Source of the DNA: Rickettsiales bacterium
Lineage (GTDB): Bacteria > Pseudomonadota > Alphaproteobacteria > Rickettsiales > UBA1997
Direction: 5' to 3'
Assembly: GCA_005787525.1 (NCBI GenBank)
Contig: SYAR01000030.1
Coordinates: 1-63,449 of the forward strand
Length of the DNA stretch: 63,449 nucleotides
Part shown: positions 16,645-25,856 of the stretch, one piece after another
Layout of the letters: every line of letters begins with the position of its first letter
Position numbering within the stretch: the stretch's first letter is position 1
Notes under the pieces: generated by a model
What the model saw: the letters and a program-made list of their open reading frames with translations, nothing else
The model's database searches: none
Told to the model about the DNA's origin: nothing
Made by a program: the position numbers and the translations under genes

Positions 16645-17730
16645 ATGAAAAATTTTAAAGGGTTTTTTGGTGCATTTTTTTGCCTATTTCTATTATCTTC
16701 ACAAGGGCTTTACGCTAAAGAAAATCAATCTTCTTCACCTAAAAAATTATATCGAGAAAAATCGTTAAAAATTCCCAAAGAAAATGAAATAAATAATAAA
16801 TCTTTAACTAAAAATGAAGAAGAATTTTACAAACATTCTTTAACAATTTCTATTGATAGAGTTAATGGTAAAGCCGATGAAATTGTTTATGATGGAGCTA
16901 AAAAATTAAGTCATTTAGAGTGGGATATAAAGAATTTAAAAATGCTCTCTTTGGGTTTAAATTCGCAATTTTTTGAAGGTTTTGGGGCTCGTATTAAATT
17001 ATCCACCGCAATTAATAATGGCGATGGCAAAATGTTTAATTATGATTGGATTGGCAAAAATTATGACGGCAATATCGATCATAATAATTGGACTCATCGT
17101 TCGATTAGTAATGTAAAAATACAAAAGGCGCAACAGTTTGATATTGCTGACTCCTACAATCTTTATAAGGATGAATTAAAATTCAATCTTGGTTATAAAT
17201 ATGATCGCTTTAAATGGCGTGATTATGGCGGTTCTTATATTTATTCGACAACAAATAAAGATGGCACTGAATCAATTGCCTTTCGAGATCGGGTTGGTAA
17301 TTTTGATTTTCAAAGAGGCATTACTTATGAACAAAATTTTGAAACTCCTTATATCGGTTTAGAATATCAAAAAGAATTGTTTGATAAAAAAATTTATGCC
17401 AATATATTTGGCAATTATAGTAATTTGGTTTACGCTCATGACACCGATATTCATCATCAAAGAAATCTTAAATTTGATGCACATTTTAAAAATGGAAAAT
17501 ATTATAATTGGGGAACTAATATCTTCGGCGAAATTAAGAAAAATATTTATTTGGGATTAGGTTATGAATATGTTTACTACCCTAAAAATAAAGGCTATAT
17601 GATTGTCCAAAATTTGGATACAAATAAGTTTTATCGCTATAATAATTCGGCTGGAATAATAAATAAATTTAGTAAAATTTCGCTAAATTTAAAATATAAT
17701 TTTACAACAAATTCAAACTTTTTAAATTAA
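16645..17730 (+). CDS. Omptin-family (peptidase A26, OmpT/Pla-like) outer membrane beta-barrel protease homolog
   Basis: A signal peptide is followed by blocks matching E. coli OmpT from memory. These are VYDGAKKLSHLEWD (OmpT VYLAEEGGRKVSQLDWK), GKMFNYDW (GNMVDQDW), GGSYIYS (identical), ETPYIGL (KMPYIGL), HDTDIHH (DNDEHY) and a C-terminal LNLKYNF (AGLKYTF). Confidence 0.75.
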   Translation: MKNFKGFFGAFFCLFLLSSQGLYAKENQSSSPKKLYREKSLKIPKENEINNKSLTKNEEEFYKHSLTISIDRVNGKADEIVYDGAKKLSHLEWDIKNLKMLSLGLNSQFFEGFGARIKLSTAINNGDGKMFNYDWIGKNYDGNIDHNNWTHRSISNVKIQKAQQFDIADSYNLYKDELKFNLGYKYDRFKWRDYGGSYIYSTTNKDGTESIAFRDRVGNFDFQRGITYEQNFETPYIGLEYQKELFDKKIYANIFGNYSNLVYAHDTDIHHQRNLKFDAHFKNGKYYNWGTNIFGEIKKNIYLGLGYEYVYYPKNKGYMIVQNLDTNKFYRYNNSAGIINKFSKISLNLKYNFTTNSNFLN

Positions 17731-17738
17731 AAAAAATT

Positions 17739-18311
17739 ATGAAAACAAACGCAAATTCAATCCGCATCGGCAATGTTATAGAATTCCAAAATCAATTATG
17801 GAAAGTTATTAAACGTGAACATGTTAAACCCGGAAAAGGTGGTGCTTATATTCAAGTTGAAATGAAAAATATCGTCACGGGCAACAAAACCAACACCCGC
17901 TTTGCTTCAAGCGAAGATGTTGATGTGGCTTTTGTTGAGCAAAAAAATATGCAATTCCAATATTTTGATCAAGATGAAATTGTTGCGATGGATATGGAAA
18001 GTTTTGAATCTTTTAATTTCAGCAAAAAAATTGTCGGCGAAGCTTTGCCATTCTTAACTGAAGGCATGAGTATTCGCATCGAATATTGCAATGACAAGCC
18101 AATTTCAATTTTCTTGCCCGAGCAAGCTAACGCCATAATCGCCCAAGCAGATTCGGTGGTGAAAGGTCAAACCGCTTCGGCATCTTATAAGCCAGCAATC
18201 CTTGAAAATGGCGTTCGCGTAATGGTTCCGCCTTTCATCGAATCTGGTGAAGAAATTATTGTTAACACCGAAGATTTTAGTTATGTTAGCCGAGCAAAAT
18301 CATCTTCATAA
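17739..18311 (+). CDS. efp: Elongation factor P
   Basis: 190 aa with HVKPGKGGAYIQVEMKN and the conserved Lys loop. OB-fold domains follow. Confidence 0.95.
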   Translation: MKTNANSIRIGNVIEFQNQLWKVIKREHVKPGKGGAYIQVEMKNIVTGNKTNTRFASSEDVDVAFVEQKNMQFQYFDQDEIVAMDMESFESFNFSKKIVGEALPFLTEGMSIRIEYCNDKPISIFLPEQANAIIAQADSVVKGQTASASYKPAILENGVRVMVPPFIESGEEIIVNTEDFSYVSRAKSSS

Positions 18312-18321
18312 AACGCCAAAA

Positions 18322-19122
18322 ATGATTTTTGATTTTGTTAAAATGAGTGGCGCGAGCAATGATTTTGTTATCATCGACAACCGCTTTAATGTTAAAAAAA
18401 TCAATGTCGAAATTGTAAAAAAAATTTGCCATCGCCAAAATATTGGTTGTGATCAGCTTATTTTAATCAATAATTCGAGCGAAAAATACGCACAAATCGC
18501 TTGCGAAATGCAAATTTTTAATAGCGACGGTTCCCAAAGCTCAACTTGTGGCAACGCCACAAGATGTGTCGCCAAAATTATTTTTGATGAAGATTTATCA
18601 AAAAATAAAATAAAAATTAGAACTCAAGCGGGAATATTGGAATGCTTCAAAATTAATGAAGATTTAATAAAAGTTAATTTGGGAGTGCCAAAAGTCGTAA
18701 ATTCATCAATTAATTTAGAAGGCTTTGAGTTTATTCATATTAATGTTGGAAACCCTCACGCTGTAACTTTTGTCGCCTCAATTCCAAATGATGAAATTTT
18801 CTTTAAAACCGGGCAAAAAGTTGAAAATAATTTACAATATTTTCCCCAAAAAACTAATGTCGAATTCGCTAAAATTATTAATGATTCCTTAATCGAAGTT
18901 CGGGTTTTTGAACGCGGTGTCGGCGAAACTTTAGCGTGTGGCTCTGGAGCTTGCGCCGTCGGCTTTTCGGCAATTTATCAAAATTTAATCAAAAATAAAG
19001 CGGTTAATGTCCGCTTTAAAGGAGGAGATTTATTAATCGAATTTGACGGCACCAATATTTTCATGAGCGCGGGGACGCAAAAAATTTTCAAAGGAATTAT
19101 CGATGACGATTTTTTACAATAA
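18322..19122 (+). CDS. dapF: Diaminopimelate epimerase
   Basis: MIFDFVKMSGASNDFVIIDNR matches the family N-terminus, and the catalytic Cys motifs NSDGSQSSTCGNATRC and TLACGSGACA are present. The start was moved from the ORF-track 18247 (which overlaps efp) to the in-frame ATG at 18322. Confidence 0.85.
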   Translation: MIFDFVKMSGASNDFVIIDNRFNVKKINVEIVKKICHRQNIGCDQLILINNSSEKYAQIACEMQIFNSDGSQSSTCGNATRCVAKIIFDEDLSKNKIKIRTQAGILECFKINEDLIKVNLGVPKVVNSSINLEGFEFIHINVGNPHAVTFVASIPNDEIFFKTGQKVENNLQYFPQKTNVEFAKIINDSLIEVRVFERGVGETLACGSGACAVGFSAIYQNLIKNKAVNVRFKGGDLLIEFDGTNIFMSAGTQKIFKGIIDDDFLQ

Positions 19123-19498
19123 ATTTTTGATAAAAATTTTATTTTTTCTGGGTTTTTTTTTAATAAATTCAGCTTTCGCTCTTAATCCCGAAGCCCGACT
19201 AAGTAGCCCCGAAGACGAAAATCGTGCCATGAATTTATTTCTACAAGTTCGTTGTTTAGTTTGCAATGGTCAAGTAATCGAGAATTCCGACAGCAAATTC
19301 GCTTTCGATGTTCGAGCCTTAATTCGCGAACAAATTTCTCAAGGCAAAAGCGATGACGACATCAAAGAAAATTTAGTGACAACCTTCGGCGAAGATATTT
19401 TAAACCAACCCAAAAATTCCAGCATTTTATTGCTAACCCTCATTTCCCTAGGGCTCTCGGCAGTGATTTTTTTTAGGGTTTTTGCGGGAAGGAAATAA
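19103..19498 (+). CDS. ccmH: Cytochrome c-type biogenesis protein CcmH/CycL
   Basis: Signal peptide, motif VRCLVCNGQVIENSDS (LRCxxC type) and a C-terminal TM helix. Confidence 0.85.
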   Translation: MTIFYNKFLIKILFFLGFFLINSAFALNPEARLSSPEDENRAMNLFLQVRCLVCNGQVIENSDSKFAFDVRALIREQISQGKSDDDIKENLVTTFGEDILNQPKNSSILLLTLISLGLSAVIFFRVFAGRK

Positions 19499-19633
19499 AA
19501 TCTCTTCTTTGTTTTTGATATTTTTTTGCCAAAAAATCTTTGTTCTAAAAATTTTTCTTTAAATAAATTTAATTACTAAATAAAATATATTAAATTTATA
19601 AATCCAAAAATTACAAACCCAAAAAACAAATTT

Positions 19634-20278
19634 ATGTCTAAAAAAATTAAAAAATTCATAGAAAAAAAATTTACAAACAAATCAAATTTTTTTGATTGCG
19701 TTAAATGGAATGAAATTAGTGAGGAAAAAACTAATTTAGCATATGACAACGCAATGAAATATCTTGAAGATTTAGATGATTCACAAAAAAATTTAGATGG
19801 AAAAGCATTGGTTTTTTTATCTTATTTATTCGCTATTTGCGGTGCTATAATTTATAATTTACTTTTTAAAAAAAATGATTTCACCGAAATCACATTTCAA
19901 AATGGAAATTTATCAACATTGCTTTATTGTGTATGTGGCTTTTACGCTATTTTATTTTGTATTGCTTCAATGGTTTTTTTATCGATGCGAAGTGTAGTTG
20001 GAAAATACGCTCGTCCAAAAGATATTTTTAGCAATTCTAATGAAAATATCCAGTATATTAAAAATGATTTATGTTTGGGCTTAGAAGAGGCTATCTCTTT
20101 CAATTTAAAAAAATATCGTAATAGATCTGAATTTTTAAGAATTCTTTTACTATTTTCTGTAATAATTCCAATCGCTTTAATTTTTTATTTTAATGCTTGG
20201 CTTTCTTTGTTTTCTTCAATTTTAGCCTCATTTACTTTGTTGGTGTTTTTGCGGCTTTTATTTCTATTTTATCCGTAG
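19634..20278 (+). CDS. Hypothetical integral membrane protein (about 4 TM helices)
   Basis: 214-aa ORF with a soluble ~65-aa N-terminus, then two pairs of hydrophobic helices. No recognisable family. Confidence 0.4.
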   Translation: MSKKIKKFIEKKFTNKSNFFDCVKWNEISEEKTNLAYDNAMKYLEDLDDSQKNLDGKALVFLSYLFAICGAIIYNLLFKKNDFTEITFQNGNLSTLLYCVCGFYAILFCIASMVFLSMRSVVGKYARPKDIFSNSNENIQYIKNDLCLGLEEAISFNLKKYRNRSEFLRILLLFSVIIPIALIFYFNAWLSLFSSILASFTLLVFLRLLFLFYP

Positions 20279-20366
20279 AAAGTCCATTCTTCTATTATGG
20301 TCATTCTTATACGGCTTGGAATGTAAAATTTCAATCAACAATTTTTTTAAAAAATAATTCAACCCT

Positions 20367-21056
20367 CTAACTCCGATCAAGCTCTTTCGACATTGAGTTT
20401 AAAAGCATCAAAGAAAAATTGCCCGCCCGCTCTTGGAAATGGTTGATTTTAGCGGTAAAGATGTTGTAAAAAAATACGGCGGGGATGGCGGCGAATAGTC
20501 CAATTGCTGTGGCAAGCAAGCTTTCGGCAATTCCTGGAGCGACGACCGCGAGGCTGGTATTTTTACTCACTGCGATACTTTGAAATGAGTTCATAATGCC
20601 CCAAACCGTTCCAAAAAGCCCAACGAAAGGTGCCGACGAGCCAATTATCGCCAAAAAATTTAATCCGCTTTCTAATTTTTGCATTGAACGATTGGAGGCG
20701 ATTTGCATCGAGTTGGTTAAACGCTCCTTAAGCGACTCTTTTTTGTCGGGTCCTTGAGAAATTATTAGCTTAATATTATTCGATTTCCATTCGCGCAAGC
20801 ACGCTAGAAAAATGCGGGATAGCGGGTGGTTGTCGTTATTCTTAGCTTGAGTAAAAATTTCTTCGAGCGGAACATTATTTTCGAATGAATCTTCGAATCT
20901 ATCACTACGATATTTTAGAATTTTAAATTTTATAAATTTATCAAAAATTATTGCCCACGAAACGAAAGAAGCCGTGACCATTAATAAGATAACAAATTGT
21001 ACTACAAAATCTGCTTGAACAATCAAGTTAATCAATGAGACCGAGGATTTTTCCAT
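20367..21056 (-). CDS. tolQ: TolQ (MotA/TolQ/ExbB proton-channel family)
   Basis: 229 aa with a three-TM layout and the motif IGSSAPFVGLFGTVWGIMNSF...VAPGIAESLLATAIGLFAAIPAV. Confidence 0.8.
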   Translation of the reverse strand: MEKSSVSLINLIVQADFVVQFVILLMVTASFVSWAIIFDKFIKFKILKYRSDRFEDSFENNVPLEEIFTQAKNNDNHPLSRIFLACLREWKSNNIKLIISQGPDKKESLKERLTNSMQIASNRSMQKLESGLNFLAIIGSSAPFVGLFGTVWGIMNSFQSIAVSKNTSLAVVAPGIAESLLATAIGLFAAIPAVFFYNIFTAKINHFQERAGNFSLMLLNSMSKELDRS

Positions 21057-21095
21057 AATTTTAAATTTTTGTTTTAATTAATATTCTATAAAAAT

Positions 21096-23405
21096 TTATT
21101 CTTCAATAATTTCTCTCTTACCCGAAATATTTGGAGCAGAAACGACGCCATTTTCCTCCATTTTTTCAATCAAAGTTGCCGCCCGATTATAGCCAATGCG
21201 TAGTTGCCTTTGCACATAACTTATCGAAGCTTTTTTATCGCGACGCACAATCATCACCGCTTTATTATATAAATTATTATCATCGCTATCATCGCCACCT
21301 TCATAGCCTCCAGCCTCAGCTCCAGAAGCATTTGGAACTGGCACTTCGAAAGAAATTTGTTCGCTTTCTTCAAATTCCGAAACGTCCTGACTCTTGATAT
21401 AATTCACAATATTTTCGATTTCGGTATCAGAGCAAAATGGACCGTGAACACGAACCATTTTACTGCCACCCGACATAAAAATCATATCGCCCTGCCCTAA
21501 AAGCTGTTCAGCCCCTTGAGTTCCAAGAATTGTGCGTGAATCAATTCGCGATGTAACTTGGAACGAAATTCGCGTTGGAAAATTGGCTTTAATCACACCC
21601 GTAATGACGTCGACCGACGGGCGTTGCGTCGCCATAATTAAGTGAATTCCCGCGGCTCGCGCCATTTGAGCAAGCCTCTGCACCGAATTTTCAATTTCCT
21701 TGCCCGCCACCAACATTAAATCCGCCATTTCATCGACAATCACCACGATGAAAGGTAATTTTTTTGGTTCAAATTCAATTTCTTCGATGATTGGTTTACC
21801 CGTTGTTGGATCATATCCGGTTTGTACTTTACGCATTAATTTTTCGCCATCAAGCATGGCTTTTTCAGCTTTTTCATTATAGCCGGCGATGTTACGCACA
21901 GCAAAGCTCGACATTAAACGATAACGCTCTTCCATTTCGGCGACCACCCATTTTAAAGCGATAACGGCTTTTCCTGGTTCGGTAACTACAGGCGAGAGTA
22001 AGTGAGGAATACCATCGTAAATTGATAATTCCAACATTTTTGGATCGATCATAATGAATTTACATTCATCGGGACGCAGTTTAAAAAGCAAAGATAAAAT
22101 CATGACGTTTAAGCCGACGGACTTGCCCGAGCCAGTCGTTCCGGCGATCAATAAATGTGGCATTTTCGCCAAATCGGCAATCATAATTTCGCCACCAATA
22201 TCTTTTCCCAAAATCATCGGCAAGAAAAATTGCGAAAATTTATAATCGCGCGACTCAAGAATTTCACGTAAAAAAATCATTTCACGCTTTGGATTTGGAA
22301 GCTCAATGCCGATCGAAGTTTTGCCAGCGACCACCGCAATTCGCGCCGAAACAGCACTCATCGAACGCGCAATATCATCCGATAAAGAAATAACCCGTGA
22401 AGCCTTGGTGCCAGCTTCGGGTTCAAATTCGTGAAGCGTAATGACGGGCCCAACTTTAGTGCCAACATTAGCGCCACGGACACCAAAATCATCCAAAACT
22501 TTTAACAACATTTTCGATTGGCTTTCAACTAATTCTTTCGGCACTTTTTTGTCTTTATTTTCGGCGGAACGATCGGTTAAAAGTTCGCAAGTTGGTAAAA
22601 CATAAGAGCTTTTTCTTTGTTTTGTTTTTTTAATTTTAGTTGATTTAAGTTGTTTTTTTAGATCTTCATTATTTGACTTTGGAGCTTGATTTTCAACGAT
22701 TTCAGCCGAATTATCATCTTCAAATTCTTGATCCTCTTCGACAATTTTTGTTTCAATATTTTTTGCAATATTTTTTGGTTGATTTTTGGGAAGAAAATTA
22801 TCAAAAGAAATTTTTAAATCCTTCGGCAATAAATGTTTTTCAAAAATATAACGAAGCCAAACAAAAGCAAAGCGGAATGAGTAAATCCAATCTTTTAATG
22901 AGACCTCAACTATTATTGAAAATAAAGTTATAGCTAAGGAAAAACTTACTAAAAAAATTGCATATTTTGGAAATTTTTGCAATTTTAATAACAAAAAAGA
23001 ACCATTTACTCCACCTAAAGAACTGAATCCCCACCATTCTGGCCTTGGCATCATAGCAAATATTAAGGAAAAACTTAAAATACAAATTGGAATAATAATT
23101 ATTTTGCTTAAAAAATTTTGAATACCGCTAATATTAGACATTTGAAGCCCTAAACTAAAAATAAAAATCACTCCAACAAAAGAACTTAAACCTAGAATTT
23201 GATAGGATAAATCGGCAATTCTAGCTCCATAAATTCCACCAAAATTTTTTATATCATTTTCAGTTGAAAAGGTATTAAAAGAAGGATCATTAACATCAAA
23301 TGTCATTAATATTAAAGCGTAATAAATTGCAAAAACTGCCATAAAGACTCCGACGAGTCTTCTGAATAAATGAATTATGATTTGTAATGATTTATTTATG
23401 TTCAT
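21096..23405 (-). CDS. ftsK: DNA translocase FtsK
   Basis: N-terminal TM domain, low-complexity linker, motor domain with Walker A GTTGSGKSVGLN, DEMADLM and HLIMATQRPSVDVITG, and a C-terminal gamma winged helix (YNKAVMIV...SISYVQRQLRIGYNRAA). The start is set at the internal ATG at 23405, 1 nt after the upstream stop. Confidence 0.9.
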   Translation of the reverse strand: MNINKSLQIIIHLFRRLVGVFMAVFAIYYALILMTFDVNDPSFNTFSTENDIKNFGGIYGARIADLSYQILGLSSFVGVIFIFSLGLQMSNISGIQNFLSKIIIIPICILSFSLIFAMMPRPEWWGFSSLGGVNGSFLLLKLQKFPKYAIFLVSFSLAITLFSIIVEVSLKDWIYSFRFAFVWLRYIFEKHLLPKDLKISFDNFLPKNQPKNIAKNIETKIVEEDQEFEDDNSAEIVENQAPKSNNEDLKKQLKSTKIKKTKQRKSSYVLPTCELLTDRSAENKDKKVPKELVESQSKMLLKVLDDFGVRGANVGTKVGPVITLHEFEPEAGTKASRVISLSDDIARSMSAVSARIAVVAGKTSIGIELPNPKREMIFLREILESRDYKFSQFFLPMILGKDIGGEIMIADLAKMPHLLIAGTTGSGKSVGLNVMILSLLFKLRPDECKFIMIDPKMLELSIYDGIPHLLSPVVTEPGKAVIALKWVVAEMEERYRLMSSFAVRNIAGYNEKAEKAMLDGEKLMRKVQTGYDPTTGKPIIEEIEFEPKKLPFIVVIVDEMADLMLVAGKEIENSVQRLAQMARAAGIHLIMATQRPSVDVITGVIKANFPTRISFQVTSRIDSRTILGTQGAEQLLGQGDMIFMSGGSKMVRVHGPFCSDTEIENIVNYIKSQDVSEFEESEQISFEVPVPNASGAEAGGYEGGDDSDDNNLYNKAVMIVRRDKKASISYVQRQLRIGYNRAATLIEKMEENGVVSAPNISGKREIIEE

Positions 23406-23406
23406 T

Positions 23407-24348
23407 TTAATTTGTAAATTGTGGAATATTATCAATATTATTTATCACGTCTCCATTTTTAAAATCATTTTCTCCATTTTGTTGCTTAACATAAACTGGA
23501 GGAATATTCATATTATTATTATTTTTATTTTCAATATTTTGTTTCTCCTCATTATTTTGAATAATTTTATTAGCTTCATCGAAAATATCTTGCGGAGTTT
23601 TAGAAAATTTTCTTAAAAAAGATTCATTGTTGTTTTGCTTAGGCGGACTCTCATCAATTGGCTTCTCCTCTTCAATTGGCTGAAGAACTATTGGGGCATT
23701 TTTAGTTAAATTATTATCTATTTTTACCTCTTCAACCTTGTTGTTATTTACGACCTCAATTGGCTTTATCAATAATTTATTATTTTCATTATTTTGATTA
23801 TTTAATTTTTGTTGGGCTAATATTTTATCATTATGTTTTTTTAATATATGATTGTAAATCAAAGTTCTGTTAGTTCCTTTGAATGTATTTTCTGGCAATT
23901 CTTTTTTTTCTTCATAATTTCGATTTGGATCGCGATAATTTGGGTCTGCACCATAAATTCCGGCTAATTTATTCAAATATTCATTTTCAAATTTTTTCGC
24001 TCGCGCTTTTCTTTTTTTCTTAAAATCTTCTACAACATCTTTATCTTTTAAGGTATTTTCGTCATAAATTTTTTTATATTCAGCAATTGAAATACATTTA
24101 TCTTCATAAAGACACCGATTTTTTCCGCAATCGCATCCAAAGGTTATGGCATAAGCACAAACGGCATATTGATCAAATTTATAAGAGCATTTATCGACGC
24201 AACTATTGCCAAAATCTCGCCACGATCCGCGAGATTTTTCACAAGCAAGTCTATCATCGAAAGTGGTTGATCTTACTATGTCGGCAAATGAATTTTTGCT
24301 TAAAAACAACATCAAAAAACAACATGAAATAAAAATGTTTTTGGACAT
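23407..24348 (-). CDS. Hypothetical secreted protein: Cys-rich module (9 Cys in 47 aa) plus long N/K/E-rich low-complexity tail
   Basis: The signal peptide MSKNIFISCCFLMLFLSKNSFA is followed by ACEKSRGSWRDFGNSCVDKCSYKFDQYAVCAYAITFGCDCGKNRCLYEDKC. The start was chosen at the Met that gives a canonical signal peptide. Confidence 0.5.
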   Translation of the reverse strand: MSKNIFISCCFLMLFLSKNSFADIVRSTTFDDRLACEKSRGSWRDFGNSCVDKCSYKFDQYAVCAYAITFGCDCGKNRCLYEDKCISIAEYKKIYDENTLKDKDVVEDFKKKRKARAKKFENEYLNKLAGIYGADPNYRDPNRNYEEKKELPENTFKGTNRTLIYNHILKKHNDKILAQQKLNNQNNENNKLLIKPIEVVNNNKVEEVKIDNNLTKNAPIVLQPIEEEKPIDESPPKQNNNESFLRKFSKTPQDIFDEANKIIQNNEEKQNIENKNNNNMNIPPVYVKQQNGENDFKNGDVINNIDNIPQFTN

Positions 24349-24424
24349 TTTTATAAAAAAAATTCTGCTATTATTATTTAAAAATGATTTCACAAAAAAT
24401 TTTATTCGTGATGTTAAAAAAATA

Positions 24425-25534
24425 TCAAGATATGGTTAACAATTTTTCTAATTCCGCAACAACTTTATCAGCCATTTCGGAACATGAAACAGTTTTTTGT
24501 GACTGTATCGCGATATCTGCCGTTCTAGCTCCAGCACTTAAAACATTTTCAACCGCCAAGTCAAGTTTGTCGGCTTCTTTTAGATAACCAAAAGAATAAC
24601 GAAGCATCATTGAAAAACTTAAAATTGTTGCCAATGGATTAGCGATATTTTTACCAGCAATGTCTGGGGCCGAACCGTGGACTGGCTCATAAAGCGCATG
24701 CTGTTTACCATTAACCTGTTTTTCTCCGAGAGACGCTGATGGCAACATTCCAAGCGAACCCGTTAACATTGAGGCGGTATCCGACAAAATATCACCAAAC
24801 ATGTTGCCCGTAACCATCACATCAAATTGTTTTGGATTGCGAACTAATTGCATCGAAGCGTTATCAACATACATGTGTTTTAATTCGATGTCGGGATAAT
24901 ATTTGGCACCGATTTCTGAAACGACTTCACGCCACATTTCCGTAGTCTCAATAACATTTGCCTTGTCAACTGAACATAATTTTTTTCCACGAATTTTTGC
25001 TAATTCAAACGATACTTTGGCGATTCTTTCAACTTCTTTTGAATTATAAGTCATGGTGTTGACGCCTAGTCTGGAGCCATCTTCAAGGGTTTTTACATAT
25101 CTTGGTTCGCCAAAATATAAATCACCCGTTAATTCACGAACTATCATAATATCTAAACCCTCAACAATTTTTCTTTTTAAAGTTGAACTGTCAGCCAAGG
25201 CATCGAAAACCTTAGCGGGACGTAAATTGGCGAATAATGATAATTCCTTGCGAATTCCAAGTAAACCACGCTCAGGACGATATTTATATTCCAAATTTTC
25301 CCATTTCGGACCGCCAACCGCGCCAAGCAAAGTGGCATCGGCTTCCTTGGCTAAATTTAAAGTTTCCTGGGGAAATGGCGTCCCTTTTTCATCAAAAGCT
25401 ATTCCGCCCAAAAGTGCATTTTCAGTTTCAAATTTTTTATCGGTGTTTTTAGTGAAAAAATCAATGATTTTTTTAGTTTGTAAAACCACTTCGGGACCGA
25501 TTCCATCTCCTTGGATTAATAAAATTTTTTTCAT
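24425..25534 (-). CDS. leuB: 3-isopropylmalate dehydrogenase (isocitrate/isopropylmalate dehydrogenase superfamily)
   Basis: 369 aa with [56 protein letters not shown] and [14 protein letters not shown]. Confidence 0.8.
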   Translation of the reverse strand: MKKILLIQGDGIGPEVVLQTKKIIDFFTKNTDKKFETENALLGGIAFDEKGTPFPQETLNLAKEADATLLGAVGGPKWENLEYKYRPERGLLGIRKELSLFANLRPAKVFDALADSSTLKRKIVEGLDIMIVRELTGDLYFGEPRYVKTLEDGSRLGVNTMTYNSKEVERIAKVSFELAKIRGKKLCSVDKANVIETTEMWREVVSEIGAKYYPDIELKHMYVDNASMQLVRNPKQFDVMVTGNMFGDILSDTASMLTGSLGMLPSASLGEKQVNGKQHALYEPVHGSAPDIAGKNIANPLATILSFSMMLRYSFGYLKEADKLDLAVENVLSAGARTADIAIQSQKTVSCSEMADKVVAELEKLLTIS

Positions 25535-25851
25535 AGATTTTGTTTTTTTAAAATAATAATTTGACTTAATTCATTAAATAATTTTTTTGATAATTCATCA
25601 CCCTTAGCGTTAAGCCAATTCTGCAAGGATTCATCAAACGAAAAATAATCCGCACCTGAAAATGGCGAAGAATACCAAATTTTTTGATTACCCGCATTGC
25701 GATTAATTATAAAAGTTTTTTTATTGCTATTAATAATGATTTCGAGAATACCATCTTGATATTCAACTTCTAGCTTCGAGTCAATATCTTGTAATTCAAT
25801 TTTTTCAGCTAAATTTTCTAAAAAATTTTCGCACAAACTATAAAAATTCAT
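25531..25851 (-). CDS. cyaY: Frataxin-like iron donor protein CyaY
   Basis: [22 protein letters not shown]..., GILEIII..., [24 protein letters not shown]. The start was moved to the internal ATG at 25851 so that it no longer overlaps pdxH. The stop overlaps the leuB start by 4 nt. Confidence 0.75.
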   Translation of the reverse strand: MNFYSLCENFLENLAEKIELQDIDSKLEVEYQDGILEIIINSNKKTFIINRNAGNQKIWYSSPFSGADYFSFDESLQNWLNAKGDELSKKLFNELSQIIILKKQNL

Positions 25852-25856
25852 AAATT

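Noticed and set aside
18247-18321. N-terminal 25-codon extension of dapF in the ORF track
   Set aside because: It overlaps the efp 3' end by 65 nt. The family-typical N-terminus (MIFDFVKMSGASNDF) begins at the in-frame ATG at 18322.
25053-25556. 167-aa plus-strand ORF
   Set aside because: It is fully antisense to leuB, whose product has many family motifs. The antisense translation is Ser/Pro/Lys-rich with no motif.
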